Shown in pieces: positions 10,160-20,656 of a stretch of DNA of 64,000 nucleotides (position 1 is the stretch's first letter; each line of letters starts with the position of its first letter). This DNA is from an uncultured candidatus Porisulfidus sp. (GTDB lineage: Bacteria; Pseudomonadota; Gammaproteobacteria; Poriferisulfidales; Oxydemutatoraceae). Location: positions 1,577,222 through 1,641,221 of the forward strand of contig OY843752.1 in the NCBI GenBank assembly GCA_963693105.1. The letters run 5' to 3'. The notes under the pieces were generated by a model, which did not search any database, was not told the origin of the DNA, and saw only the letters and a program-made list of their open reading frames with translations. A program made the translations under genes and the position numbers.

Positions 10160-13100
10160 ATGCTGCAACCCCCGCGAAACCATCTGCCGGACGGCTCATC
10201 CGGCATCGTGCGCTGGGGGCGGCTGCACGGCTGCGCGGCGGCCCGCGCCGTCGCCGACACGCTCAAAAGCCGCCGCCGCCCGATTCTGCTGATCGCGCCC
10301 GATGTGGCGGCGGCGCTGCAATTCGAGACCGAGTTGCGCTTCTTTCTGGGCGCCGGCGAAAACATCATGCTCTTCCCCGACTGGGAAACGCTTCCCTACG
10401 ACCGTTTCTCTCCCCACTCGGACATCTCGGCGGCGCGCATGGCGGCGCTCTCGCGCCTGCCGCGGCTTGAATCCGCTATCTGCATCGCCACTTGCGGCGC
10501 GGCGATGCAGCGGGTCGCGCCCGTCTCGTTCATCGACACGCAGACCTTTGCACTGAAACGCGGCGGCCGGCTCGACATCGGCGAATTTCGCGGGCGGCTG
10601 AACGAAGGCGGTTACTCGGCGGCGCCGCAAGTCTCGCACCACGGCGATTACAGCGTGCGCGGAGGCATTGTTGATTTCTATCCGCCATCCTCCGAACACC
10701 CAATCCGCATTGACCTGCTCGACGACGAGATCAACAGCCTGCGGCGGTTCGACCCGCAAACCCAGATGTCAGAGGAGACCGTCGGCGAGGCCGTCATTCT
10801 GCCGGCGCGCGAGTTCCCGATGAACAACGCCGCCATCGAGAATTTCCGCCGCCGCTTCCGCGTCGAGTTCAGCAATCCCCCGGACGAGTGCCCGGTTTAC
10901 CGCGACATCAGCGAGCACGTCGTTCCCGGCGGCGTCGAATACTACCTGCCGCTGTTCTTCGACGGCCTTTCGACCTTGTTCGATTACCTGCCGGAAGACA
11001 CGCTGCTGGTGCTGCCCGAGCCGCTCGACGACCACGCCGCCGAACACTGGAATTACATTGACGGGCGCTACCGGCAGTTGCGCGACGACCCTGAACATCC
11101 GCTGCTTGCGCCGCAAAAACTGCATCTGGAGCCGCCTGAACTGGCGGCGCGGATGCAAGATTTTCAGCGCGTCGAAATGCAGCCGTTCCGGCACGGCACG
11201 CGGCGGGACGACACGGTGGATTTTGCCACCCGCCTGCCGCCGCCGCTGGCCTTCGACCTGCAACAGCAAGACCCCGCCGCCCGCTTGCGCGAGTTCATCG
11301 GCGGCTTTGACGGGCGCATCCTGATTGCCGCGCAGTCGCCCGGCTACCGCGAACAACTGTCGGAACTGCTCGCCGATTTCGGGCTGCGCGCAAAAATCGT
11401 CGAGGGCTGGAACGACTTTGCCTCCGGCGGCGACTCCCCGTGCCTGTGCGTCGGGCCGGTGCATCAGGGAGCCGTCTTCGAGAGCGAGAAACTGGCGTTG
11501 ATTACCGACCATCAGATTCTCGGGCAACGCGCCGCGACGCGGAACCGCCATGCCAGACGCACCCGCGACGCCGAGGCGCTGATCGAGAATCTCGACAGTC
11601 TGGAAATCGGCTGCCCCATTGTCCACGAGGAACACGGCATCGGGCGTTTTCGCGGCCTCGAAGTGCTCGAGCTCGCCGGCTACCCGTCGGAGTTCTGCGT
11701 GCTGGAATACGCCGAGGAGAACAAACTGTACGTGCCGGTCGCGTCGCTGCATCTGCTCAACCGCTACATCGGCGGCGACGCCGAAACCGCGCCGCTGCAC
11801 AAACTGGGCAGCGGCCAATGGAAGAAGACCCGGCGCAAGGCGGCGCAAAAAGCCCATGATGTCGCCGCCGAACTGCTCGACACCCAGGCGCGGCGCGACG
11901 CGCGCAAGGGCTTCGCGCTCGATCTCGACAAGGCCGACCACCGCGCTTTCGCCGCCGCCTTCCCCTATGAGGAAACGCCCGACCAGAGCAAGGCGATCGC
12001 CGAGATCATCAACGACCTGTGCTCGGAAAAACCGATGGACCGGGTGGTTTGCGGCGATGTCGGTTTCGGCAAGACCGAGATTGCGATGCAGGCCGCGTTC
12101 ATCGCCGCGCAAAACGGCCGCCAGACCGTGGTGCTGGTGCCGACGACGTTGCTGGCAAGACAACATGACGAAACCTTCCGGGACCGTTTTTCCGCGTGGC
12201 CGGTGCGAATCGAGATGCTGTCGAGATTCCGCAGCCGCGGCGAACTGAAAAAAAGCGTTGCGGCGATCGAGGACGGCGCCGCGGACATCGTCATCGGCAC
12301 CCACAAACTGCTGTACGAGAAAATCCGTTTCAAGCGGCTGGGGCTGATTGTCATTGACGAAGAGCACCGTTTCGGCGTCAAGGACAAGGAGAAACTGAAG
12401 GCGCTGCGCACCCGCTGCGACATCCTGACGCTGACGGCGACCCCGATTCCGCGCACCTTGAGCATGAGCCTGATCCGGTTGCGCGACCTTTCCATTGTCG
12501 CCACGCCGCCGCCCGGCCGCCACGCCGTCAAGACCTTCATCAAGCAATGGGACGACGCGCTGATTCGCGAGGCCTGCCAGCGCGAATTGAAACGCGGCGG
12601 CCAGATTTATTTTCTGCACAACGACATCCGCACAATCGAGGAAATGGCCGGGCGCGTGCGCGAACTGGCGCCGCAGGCGCGCGTCGCCGTCGCCCATGGC
12701 GCCATGCCGGAAAGAGCCCTGGAAAACACGATGGTTGATTTCTACCACCAGCGCCACAACATCCTGGTGTGCACGACCATCATCGAAAGCGGCCTCGACA
12801 TTCCGAGCGCCAACACCATCATCATCCACCGCGCCGACCGCTTCGGCCTCGCCCAGTTGCACCAGTTGCGCGGGCGCGTCGGGCGCTCCCACCATTCCGC
12901 CTACGCCTATTTTCTGGTGCCGCCGAAGGCGCAGATGACGGGCGATGCGATGAAACGGCTGGAGGCGCTTGAATCGCTCGAAGAACTCGGAATCGGTTTT
13001 ACGCTGGCGGTGCACGACCTCGAAATTCGCGGCGCCGGCGAGCTGCTCGGCGAGGAACAAAGCGGGCACATCCAGGAAGTCGGCTTCACGATGTACAACA

Positions 13101-13621
13101 AGTTGCTGAAACGCGCGGTCGAGGCGTTGCAGTCCGACGGCGAAGTGGATCTGGACGCGCCGCTCGACACCGTCACCGACGTCAACCTCGGCGCGCCCGC
13201 GCTGATTCCCGACAGTTACGTGCCGGACATCGGCCTGCGCCTGGTGCTCTACCGGCGCATTGCCGGCGCCGCCGACAAAGACGACCTCGACGAACTGAAA
13301 ATCGAGATGGCCGACCGCTTTGGCCCGCGGCCCGAATACACCGACAACCTGTTCCTCGGCGCGGCGCTGCGGTTGCGCTGCCGCCACCTGGGCATCACCC
13401 GGATCGAGGCGGACCACGACGGCTTTCGTGTCCATTTCGACAAAGAACCGGCATTCGACACCGGCAAACTGCTTGAACTGGTGCGCAACCAACCCTCGCT
13501 GCACCGTTTCGACGGCCCGAACAAACTGGCCGTCACCGAACCGCTGGAGACCGTGGCCGACCGCAATCGGCAAATCCGGGGTTTTTTTGATAACATCACT
13601 ACGCAGGCCAACTGTTCATGA
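10160..13621 (+). CDS. mfd: Transcription-repair coupling factor Mfd
   Basis: 1153 aa. The N-terminus aligns with E. coli Mfd (LLIAPDVAAALQFETEL vs VLIAPDMQNALRLHDEI). Also has a UvrB-homology domain, a DEAD/DEAH helicase core (VIDEEHRFG) and a TRG motif. The start is the internal ATG 72 nt into the track ORF. Confidence 0.93.
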   Translation: MLQPPRNHLPDGSSGIVRWGRLHGCAAARAVADTLKSRRRPILLIAPDVAAALQFETELRFFLGAGENIMLFPDWETLPYDRFSPHSDISAARMAALSRLPRLESAICIATCGAAMQRVAPVSFIDTQTFALKRGGRLDIGEFRGRLNEGGYSAAPQVSHHGDYSVRGGIVDFYPPSSEHPIRIDLLDDEINSLRRFDPQTQMSEETVGEAVILPAREFPMNNAAIENFRRRFRVEFSNPPDECPVYRDISEHVVPGGVEYYLPLFFDGLSTLFDYLPEDTLLVLPEPLDDHAAEHWNYIDGRYRQLRDDPEHPLLAPQKLHLEPPELAARMQDFQRVEMQPFRHGTRRDDTVDFATRLPPPLAFDLQQQDPAARLREFIGGFDGRILIAAQSPGYREQLSELLADFGLRAKIVEGWNDFASGGDSPCLCVGPVHQGAVFESEKLALITDHQILGQRAATRNRHARRTRDAEALIENLDSLEIGCPIVHEEHGIGRFRGLEVLELAGYPSEFCVLEYAEENKLYVPVASLHLLNRYIGGDAETAPLHKLGSGQWKKTRRKAAQKAHDVAAELLDTQARRDARKGFALDLDKADHRAFAAAFPYEETPDQSKAIAEIINDLCSEKPMDRVVCGDVGFGKTEIAMQAAFIAAQNGRQTVVLVPTTLLARQHDETFRDRFSAWPVRIEMLSRFRSRGELKKSVAAIEDGAADIVIGTHKLLYEKIRFKRLGLIVIDEEHRFGVKDKEKLKALRTRCDILTLTATPIPRTLSMSLIRLRDLSIVATPPPGRHAVKTFIKQWDDALIREACQRELKRGGQIYFLHNDIRTIEEMAGRVRELAPQARVAVAHGAMPERALENTMVDFYHQRHNILVCTTIIESGLDIPSANTIIIHRADRFGLAQLHQLRGRVGRSHHSAYAYFLVPPKAQMTGDAMKRLEALESLEELGIGFTLAVHDLEIRGAGELLGEEQSGHIQEVGFTMYNKLLKRAVEALQSDGEVDLDAPLDTVTDVNLGAPALIPDSYVPDIGLRLVLYRRIAGAADKDDLDELKIEMADRFGPRPEYTDNLFLGAALRLRCRHLGITRIEADHDGFRVHFDKEPAFDTGKLLELVRNQPSLHRFDGPNKLAVTEPLETVADRNRQIRGFFDNITTQANCS

Positions 13622-14220
13622 AAAAAACCGCCGCTTCCCTGATGATTTGGGCGCTGCTGCTCGCGGCGCCGTGCGCATACGCGCAATCAAGCGATGAACT
13701 CTACCAGATCGAACTGCTCATCCTGAAACACGGCGACGGCGCGGCGGAGCAGTTGCGCAATGTCGTCAAGCCCGAACTGGTGCACCGGCTGAGGCAGCCG
13801 GCGCTGGACCTTACACAGGCCGCGCCCGGCGACCGGATTCTGCCGGTCACCGACCGCTCGCAATACCGACTGGCCCGACAGGCCGAAAAAATCGAGGCCG
13901 ACGGCTCGTTCAAAATCCTGCGCCACATCGCCTGGCGACAACCGGCCTTCAACCGCGAACAGGCGCGTTACATCAACCTCCCCGGAGAGCCGGCGGCGGG
14001 GCTGCTGAAAGGCATCGCCTGGCTCAGCCACGAGCAGTATTTTCAACTGCGCCTGGACTTTCAATACGACCCGGATTACGCCGCCGAACCGACCGTCGCG
14101 AAAAAACCGACAACGACGCTGATTCCGATTCACATGAAGAAAGTCCTGCTGCCCGGCGAACTCCACTACCTCGACCACCCCATCATCAGCGTCCTCGCAA
14201 AGATCACCGAGGTGAAGTGA
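13618..14220 (+). CDS. csiV: Secreted CsiV-family-like protein (periplasmic, signal peptide)
   Basis: Signal peptide MKKTAASLMIWALLLAAPCAYA followed by an ELYQIELLILKH motif. Its position directly downstream of mfd with an ATGA overlap matches the conserved mfd-csiV neighbourhood. The family call is from memory of the motif and is uncertain. Confidence 0.4.
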   Translation: MKKTAASLMIWALLLAAPCAYAQSSDELYQIELLILKHGDGAAEQLRNVVKPELVHRLRQPALDLTQAAPGDRILPVTDRSQYRLARQAEKIEADGSFKILRHIAWRQPAFNREQARYINLPGEPAAGLLKGIAWLSHEQYFQLRLDFQYDPDYAAEPTVAKKPTTTLIPIHMKKVLLPGELHYLDHPIISVLAKITEVK

Positions 14221-14225
14221 TGAAA

Positions 14226-17200
14226 TTATCCGCCGACACTTTCGCCCCGGTGTTGAATCATCTCGTTATAGGTGAGCTTGAACATGCTGTCCGAAAGCCA
14301 CTTCTTGAAAGACTCATTGTCGCTGAACTGTTTGTGTAGATCCGTATAATCTGGAAGCGCTTCGAGCATAATGTGGTTCAGAGCTTCGTTATGCTCAATG
14401 CGTGCATTTTGTTTGTCGGAGTTTTGGCATGCGTTGCGGAAAGCGGGGTTCGCTTTTATCTTTTCAGGTAGTTCTCTGATGAACTGCCGATCCCTATCAT
14501 CGCCACCAAACTGGTTGTTGAAATCCCGGATGATGCTGGACAATGGATCCATCTCAATCTCCGGCTTTCGCATATCACCACCGGTCGGTATCGGGTCAAT
14601 CTCGGCATCATCGTCTTGCAGTGCAATCTGCGTCTTGGCTTTCACCTCAGCCCGGTAACTGGCCATGTCTATGGCTTCCAGGATGCCTCTGGACAAATCT
14701 TCTTCTTTGGGGGCGGGCAACTTCGGGATTAAAAAATTGAGAAAGATGGTGCGCTTCTCCCACTCGGAATTACTGTATGGAAGCAACGCCGAAAGAAATT
14801 CGTAAGTGCGGGTAAATGCCTTGGCCTTGCCCTTGAAAGCAATCTGGCCGTCTTCATCCAGTTCGTCCAAATATACTTTGACGCATTGATCCAGAACAGG
14901 GTCAAGTTGGTCGCGCTCAACGCCGTCCAGATACTGCCGAACAAAGCTGTCTATTTGTTCCGGCGAATAAACCTGATAACCGTCAAGGTCTGCCTGAATA
15001 TCATGCAGTTTGTTGGGGTCGGTCTCGTCAGCCAGAATGGTGCCACGGTAGTAGGGATTAAACGCTTCCCGAATGCCGTCAACGTCATTCATAAAGTCCA
15101 GCACAAAAGTATCGTGCTTTTTCGGATAGGAACGGTTGAGGCGCGATAACGTTTGCACAGCCTTGATGCCTGACAATTTTTTGTCAACATACATCGTGTG
15201 CAGAAGCGGCTCATCGTAGCCGGTCTGAAACTTGTCGGCGCAGATGAGAAACCGGTACGGCTCTTCCTGAATCTTGTCCTCAATAAGCCTTGATGGGAAT
15301 TCATTGAGCAACGCCTCGCTGACCCTCGCGCCGTTGTAGTCGTGCTCGCCCGAGAAAGCCACAATAGCCTTATATTGGCTCTTGCGTTCAAGCAAATAGG
15401 CGCGGATGGCATTGTAGTATTCGATTGCGCGCTGAATGCCGCCAGTCACCACCATCGCGCGCGCCTGTTCGCCGATTTTTTCCTGGCCAATGACTTGCTC
15501 GTGGAAGTGGTCAACCATGATTTCGGCCTTGAGCCGAATCGCATGACTGTGACCTTCGACATAGCGGCGAAGCTTTTTTCTGGCTTTCTTTGCATCGAAC
15601 TCGGGATCCGCCTCAATGGTCTTGGCCAGTCTGTAGTAACTCTTTATCGGCGTGTAGTGCTGAAGCACATCCAGAATAAAGCCTTCCTGAATAGCCTGCT
15701 TCATTGTGTAGATGTGGAAAGAACGGTGTTTGGTCGTGCCGTCCGCTTGCGGGTTCGGGTTGCCGAATATCTCCAGCGTCTTGTTCTTCGGAGTGGCTGT
15801 AAAAGCAAAGTAACTGGCGTTGGATAGCAGCCTACGCGATTCCATCAGCCGGTTAATCTGGTCCTCGAAAGTTTCCCCTTCCTCTTCCCTGCCCGCCTCG
15901 GCGAGTGCCCGCGCCACAGACGCACCAGCCTTGCCGCCCTGACTGGAATGTGCCTCGTCAATGATGAGGGCGAAACACCGTTTTCTCTGTTCATTTCCAA
16001 TCTCGTTGAGGATATACGGGAATTTCTGCAACGTTGTGATGATGATCTTTTTGCCTTCTTCAATGAATTTCCGCAGGTCGCCCGAATCCTTAGCGTGTCC
16101 CACCGTTGCTCCGACCTGGGCAAATTGTTTAATAGTGTCTCGAATTTGCTTGTCGAGGATGCGTCGGTCGGTAATCACAATAATCGAGTCAAACACGGGC
16201 TTGTTGTTTTTCGCCAACCCGATTAACTGATGAGCCAGCCAGGCGATGGAGTTGGATTTTCCACTCCCCGCCGAGTGCTGAATCAAGTAGCGCTTACCCA
16301 CACCCTCTGCCCCGGCGTCGGCCAGAAGTTGGCGCACAACATCAAGCTGATGATAGCGAGGCCATATCTGCGCTTTCTTCTTGCGTCCGGTCTTTTCGTC
16401 CTTCGACTCCACCACTTGGGCGTAGTTCTCAAGGATGTTGGTAAGACTCGTTCGAGTCAGCACTTCGCGCCACAAGTAATCAGTCTTGATGCCGTTGGGA
16501 TTCGGCGGGTTGCCGGCGCCGCCTTCCCAACCTTTGTTGAAAGGCAGAAACCATGATGCCTTGCCCTTCAAGTGCGTACAAAAACGCACCTCTTGTTCAT
16601 CCACCGCAAAGTGCGCCACGCAACGGCCAAACTCAAAGAGTTTCTCGCTCGGGTCGCGGTCTGTCTTGTACTGCCGGACCGCATCATCCACCGTCTGCCT
16701 GGTGAGGCTGTTCTTCAATTCAAAAGTGGCAACCGGCAGACCGTTTATAAAGAGCCCCATGTCCAACGCAAGTTTCGGATTGGTGCGGCTGTAACCCAAC
16801 TGTCGCGTGATTGAGAAGCGGTTTGCCTCGAACAATGTCTGGGCTTTTTCGTTCCCCGGCGATGGTGTGCCGTAGAAAAGGTTGAGGTTATGGGCGCCGT
16901 GTTTGATTCCACGGCGCAGCACGTCAATGGTGCCGCGCTTGCTAATCCCACTTCGTAGTCGTGCCAGAAACTTTCGCCGTGCAGGGCAATCATTATCTAA
17001 CCCCAGCGATTCGGCCACCTCCGGTTGCGTAGCGACCAGAAAGGCTGAAAGTTGCGCCAAATCCACGCAGTACTCACGGTCGTAGTCATGCCGGTTGCCG
17101 CAAATCCAGCCCACTCCGCCATAACTAACCGGCAGTTCGGACACCGAACCCTCCTTAGGCGGGTCACAGGGCTGGCCGGCCAAAACCATGCAGATATGGC

Positions 17201-17243
17201 GTTCAAGACCACGTTCAGAGGTGTCAGTGACGCTACTGGACAT
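14226..17243 (-). CDS. hsdR: Type I restriction enzyme R subunit HsdR
   Basis: 1005 aa with a helicase core (DEAH box LIIDEAHSSQ, GSGKS Walker A) and an N-terminal nuclease region, in Type I R-M context. Local GC is clearly lower than the flanks. Confidence 0.9.
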   Translation of the reverse strand: MSSSVTDTSERGLERHICMVLAGQPCDPPKEGSVSELPVSYGGVGWICGNRHDYDREYCVDLAQLSAFLVATQPEVAESLGLDNDCPARRKFLARLRSGISKRGTIDVLRRGIKHGAHNLNLFYGTPSPGNEKAQTLFEANRFSITRQLGYSRTNPKLALDMGLFINGLPVATFELKNSLTRQTVDDAVRQYKTDRDPSEKLFEFGRCVAHFAVDEQEVRFCTHLKGKASWFLPFNKGWEGGAGNPPNPNGIKTDYLWREVLTRTSLTNILENYAQVVESKDEKTGRKKKAQIWPRYHQLDVVRQLLADAGAEGVGKRYLIQHSAGSGKSNSIAWLAHQLIGLAKNNKPVFDSIIVITDRRILDKQIRDTIKQFAQVGATVGHAKDSGDLRKFIEEGKKIIITTLQKFPYILNEIGNEQRKRCFALIIDEAHSSQGGKAGASVARALAEAGREEEGETFEDQINRLMESRRLLSNASYFAFTATPKNKTLEIFGNPNPQADGTTKHRSFHIYTMKQAIQEGFILDVLQHYTPIKSYYRLAKTIEADPEFDAKKARKKLRRYVEGHSHAIRLKAEIMVDHFHEQVIGQEKIGEQARAMVVTGGIQRAIEYYNAIRAYLLERKSQYKAIVAFSGEHDYNGARVSEALLNEFPSRLIEDKIQEEPYRFLICADKFQTGYDEPLLHTMYVDKKLSGIKAVQTLSRLNRSYPKKHDTFVLDFMNDVDGIREAFNPYYRGTILADETDPNKLHDIQADLDGYQVYSPEQIDSFVRQYLDGVERDQLDPVLDQCVKVYLDELDEDGQIAFKGKAKAFTRTYEFLSALLPYSNSEWEKRTIFLNFLIPKLPAPKEEDLSRGILEAIDMASYRAEVKAKTQIALQDDDAEIDPIPTGGDMRKPEIEMDPLSSIIRDFNNQFGGDDRDRQFIRELPEKIKANPAFRNACQNSDKQNARIEHNEALNHIMLEALPDYTDLHKQFSDNESFKKWLSDSMFKLTYNEMIQHRGESVGG

Positions 17244-17368
17244 AACTCAGGCACTCTTTGTCAAATGACAGTCAGTTAAGAAAATCTGCATATTCCAAAG
17301 GACTGGAGATTTAGTCATTAAAATCGAGCACCTTCATCAATTACCCGTCAACATGCCGAGCCCGATTA

Positions 17369-18349
17369 TTACTGCCGGGTGATTTTTCGGCCAATGTAAA
17401 GGACTTTAAGCCGGACTTGTCCAAGTGGAACCGGCCATTCAAAATGAATTCGAAAAGTTTCCCGACTAATCTTCCCATGCCAAGGGCAGAACAATGATTC
17501 GGAAGGGTCTGAAGGATCCTTGAAGGTCAATTTCTGTTTAAATTTTCTCTTGTTGCTTTCAGATTCATCACTAAACCATGCTTTGCGGCCTTGGCTATGT
17601 TTCTTCCATAGCTCATTAGCGGCATCCGTCATTCCCCCGTCAGAAACACGGCGGTCCGACATGATTTCTTGCAAGACGTTCAAACGACTTTCGATTCTGT
17701 TTGAGATAATTCCAGAAAATGTTTCTCGGGAAAGTGCGGTCTTCAAAATATCATCCGAAATTTCCAGATGATTGAAGCGCTCTTGACAGAATTCTATTAA
17801 TTCTTCCCAACTCTGTGGGGCACGCCTTTCATTCAGGCAAGATTCGAGTTTCTGTACATCCCAAGTGTTGGGGATACTGATTTTACCGAACGGGTCTTCG
17901 GGGAGGCCATGCAAGACCGTTAAAGGGGTTCGCTCGAAATTGATCCGACCACCGGTGAAACTAAAGACTCCGGACGGGTCGTGCACACGCACTCTTCTGG
18001 CTGCCTCCCCAAGGCCGCTATATGTAACGTCCTCACCCTCAAATTCGAAATAGTTATCTGGTTCGTCCTGCTTATCATTTTCTACGAATGAGCTAGCTTT
18101 AGAAACCCATCCAAAGAACAATCTTTTCATATCGGGCTTGCTTTGCTCCACAGCCTCGGAAGCATTCATCCAGGCTGTAACCGGTCGATGTTTGAGTTCA
18201 TCGGTACAGAAAAGCTGATACGTTTTCCCTTTCAATTTCCAACGAATCGAAGCTACTTTCAGGAAATCATTGAGAAACGCTTTTCCCGTCTCAAACTGTC
18301 CTTGAAGTGATAACTCGTTGATGTACCACTTCACGCGGATTGGTCCCAC
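17369..18349 (-). CDS. Uncharacterised 326-aa protein, third gene of the DUF262/ATPase cassette
   Basis: No recognisable family from reading. Its start overlaps the upstream ATPase gene by 19 nt. Low GC. Contains a C-terminal R-x5-H (RETFRIH) that could be a HEPN-like motif; this is weak. Confidence 0.5.
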   Translation of the reverse strand: MGPIRVKWYINELSLQGQFETGKAFLNDFLKVASIRWKLKGKTYQLFCTDELKHRPVTAWMNASEAVEQSKPDMKRLFFGWVSKASSFVENDKQDEPDNYFEFEGEDVTYSGLGEAARRVRVHDPSGVFSFTGGRINFERTPLTVLHGLPEDPFGKISIPNTWDVQKLESCLNERRAPQSWEELIEFCQERFNHLEISDDILKTALSRETFSGIISNRIESRLNVLQEIMSDRRVSDGGMTDAANELWKKHSQGRKAWFSDESESNKRKFKQKLTFKDPSDPSESLFCPWHGKISRETFRIHFEWPVPLGQVRLKVLYIGRKITRQ

Positions 18350-19560
18350 CCTATCAGCGTTGCAAGATCTAATTCACTCTGATCGAAAAAGCCCTCGGGC
18401 CAAATGTCAAAAGCGCCCTCTGCATCAATAGCTGGCGAAATCACACCATGGCCAGCCTTAGAATCCACCCCGGAAAAGAAGTGAACCGCCACATCCGAAT
18501 GTGAGAGAACTCTCTTTTTCACGGCCAAACGAATCCCGTTCAGGACATGATCGCTGTGACTTTCAATCAATATCTGAACACCAGTGGTCGCAATACGAGC
18601 GAGTATCTCCCCCATGCGGGACTGTGCGCGTGGATGGAGATGAGCTTCCGGGCTCTCGATAATCAAAACTTGGTCTTCCCGAGCCAAAAGAATTGCCGCG
18701 AGAATCGGAAACACATACGTAAGCCCATATCCCACGTTGGCCGGGAGGCACCAGTCATTCTCTGTCCCAATGCCAAACAACAGCCGTATGAGAGAAGTCT
18801 TTTCTACTTTATTTGCCGTAACTCGCGTACCGGGGAAAAGATCATTTAAATAAGCATCCATCTGCCGGCGCAGACTTCCTGCATCCTCATTGGGATGCCA
18901 CCGGAATGAGTCAACTTCCTCATCTGCTGCCCATTCGTACCACCACGGCGCATATTGTCCTTCGCAACCGACATCTGCATAAATAATGTTTGCATTGTCT
19001 GGAGACGGATATACATCGGATATTTCGCCGCGCTCTGAATTCAAGAATATAATATTCCTGAGTGCATGAATTAAATCGCTTGAGGAAGCGCCAGTATCTG
19101 GATTGTCCCACATTTTCCCGGCCCACTTTTGCGGTTCCGTATTCCGCCGCTGATATGTCACCCTCTCAATATGGAACAAGTCTTTTCTAGGTTCAGATAA
19201 ACGCATTTGAGGGTCCACAGGACTGAAACTCCATGAAGCATGCTCATTCCCGGTAGCAACTGAAATTCCAATCCGGCGCTCTTCCGCTTGGCTTGACAAC
19301 ACATCGCTCGGTCGCCCAAGTCGAATAATTGGCCCATTAGGCGGCAAATATGCCGAGTCAGAATCCAGACTGAGGCCTTGTGTCAATAGAAGGAGAGAAT
19401 GTAATGCTGTGGATTTCCCTGCCGAGTTGAAGCCGGTGAACAGCGTAAGCGGCGCCAATGCAAGACGCAGAGCCGAGAAACACTTTAGATTGGAAAATTC
19501 AAGCGAGCGCAGTGCCATGGCTTCAGTTCCTGATTCCGAATGCTTTTGTGGCAAGTTCAA
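18331..19560 (-). CDS. AAA_21/ABC-type ATPase with C-terminal DUF3696-like region (OLD/AbiEii-like ATPase architecture)
   Basis: Walker A motif LFTGFNSAGKST, Walker B-like VLIIESPEAHLHP, then ILIESHSDHVLNGIRL (DUF3696-like). Its start overlaps the DUF262 gene by 38 nt, or is adjacent if Met15 is the true start. Confidence 0.7.
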   Translation of the reverse strand: MNLPQKHSESGTEAMALRSLEFSNLKCFSALRLALAPLTLFTGFNSAGKSTALHSLLLLTQGLSLDSDSAYLPPNGPIIRLGRPSDVLSSQAEERRIGISVATGNEHASWSFSPVDPQMRLSEPRKDLFHIERVTYQRRNTEPQKWAGKMWDNPDTGASSSDLIHALRNIIFLNSERGEISDVYPSPDNANIIYADVGCEGQYAPWWYEWAADEEVDSFRWHPNEDAGSLRRQMDAYLNDLFPGTRVTANKVEKTSLIRLLFGIGTENDWCLPANVGYGLTYVFPILAAILLAREDQVLIIESPEAHLHPRAQSRMGEILARIATTGVQILIESHSDHVLNGIRLAVKKRVLSHSDVAVHFFSGVDSKAGHGVISPAIDAEGAFDIWPEGFFDQSELDLATLIGWDQSA

Positions 19561-20656
19561 ATCTGGTTCTTACAGACTTGGTATTATTGGTAAAGTAGCT
19601 GATAGCACTGTTGAACTGCTCATCATCAATTAGATTGACCATCGCTTCGCGGATTTTATGTCCCAATTCTGATTCAAGGGAGATTTCTTCCGGGAACTCT
19701 GCCAACAACACTGTGCAAACATCGAAAAGAGAAATATTGAGCTTACCACGTTTAATGCCGGGCCCTTCAAAAACAAGTGATTTGCGGAATGCATGTCTCT
19801 TAAAGAGTTGTCGATTAGATTGTAATGACCGATTAAATTTCTTCATGAGGTCATTCAAACACGCCTCATTATCGGGGTCATTCATATAACGCAGAGCTTT
19901 AGCCAGAAATTCGTCCATGTCTCCGCGGTATTCATCTACCCCGAGAATGCTAAACGCGCAGAAGCGATTCACCGCCTCCCGGTCTCTCATGATTTCAGGT
20001 TTCAGTGCATATCCTGTTGCCGCATGGAACAGTTCGCTTTCCACTGCTTTTTTGAGCCAACGCGTTGCAGGACCATTGTATACCGCATTGCGCATTTGCT
20101 GGCGACTCAAAGCGATACCGCTGTTTACGCGCTCAAAAATATCGAGTCGAGCACGTTCCGGCGCATTGGCATCAAGTATATACATAATAAGCTGTGTATC
20201 GAGAATTCGCTCTTGTAATTTCAGAGGCAATTGACTGAACTTCTTCCCTTCAATGGAGCTTTCTCGATTACCCCCGTCATTTAAACCGGTACCCCGTATC
20301 TTGAATTCGTCATTTACATAGTTCAGAAAAGTAGTGATTCTCTGTAGCCCGTCCACAATGATAATTTCCCCTCCCAGCCCTTCCGCAACATAAAAAACCG
20401 GAAGCGGGATGCGCATAATGCAACTTTCGATAAGCTTTGACTGTTTATCATGCGGCCATACGAAATCGCGCTGGAAATCCGGGTCGAGTATCCAGCGGTT
20501 GTTCTTGACTCGACCAAGAACTTCTGAAACCGACCTTGTTTCTTGACGAATGAAGAGAGAATCTAGAGGGTATCCCGTACTGCCATCGCCAGCTGTTTTG
20601 TCGTGGCCCTCAATCTCCTCTTTGGGTGGCTTTTGTTCGGTCGCTATTTCTGCCAT
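19523..20656 (-). CDS. DUF262 domain protein (ParB/Srx-like nuclease fold; DndB/GmrS-N-like)
   Basis: FQRDFVW followed by IIIVDGLQRITTF, matching the DUF262 signature (classically DGQQR). 377 aa with no DUF1524/HNH half. There is a promoter-like AT-rich stretch upstream at 20657-20803. Confidence 0.7.
   Translation of the reverse strand: MAEIATEQKPPKEEIEGHDKTAGDGSTGYPLDSLFIRQETRSVSEVLGRVKNNRWILDPDFQRDFVWPHDKQSKLIESCIMRIPLPVFYVAEGLGGEIIIVDGLQRITTFLNYVNDEFKIRGTGLNDGGNRESSIEGKKFSQLPLKLQERILDTQLIMYILDANAPERARLDIFERVNSGIALSRQQMRNAVYNGPATRWLKKAVESELFHAATGYALKPEIMRDREAVNRFCAFSILGVDEYRGDMDEFLAKALRYMNDPDNEACLNDLMKKFNRSLQSNRQLFKRHAFRKSLVFEGPGIKRGKLNISLFDVCTVLLAEFPEEISLESELGHKIREAMVNLIDDEQFNSAISYFTNNTKSVRTRFELATKAFGIRN

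Noticed and set aside
10769-13573. 934-aa minus-strand ORF
   Set aside because: It lies entirely antisense to mfd, whose identity is unambiguous. It is a GC-driven open frame.
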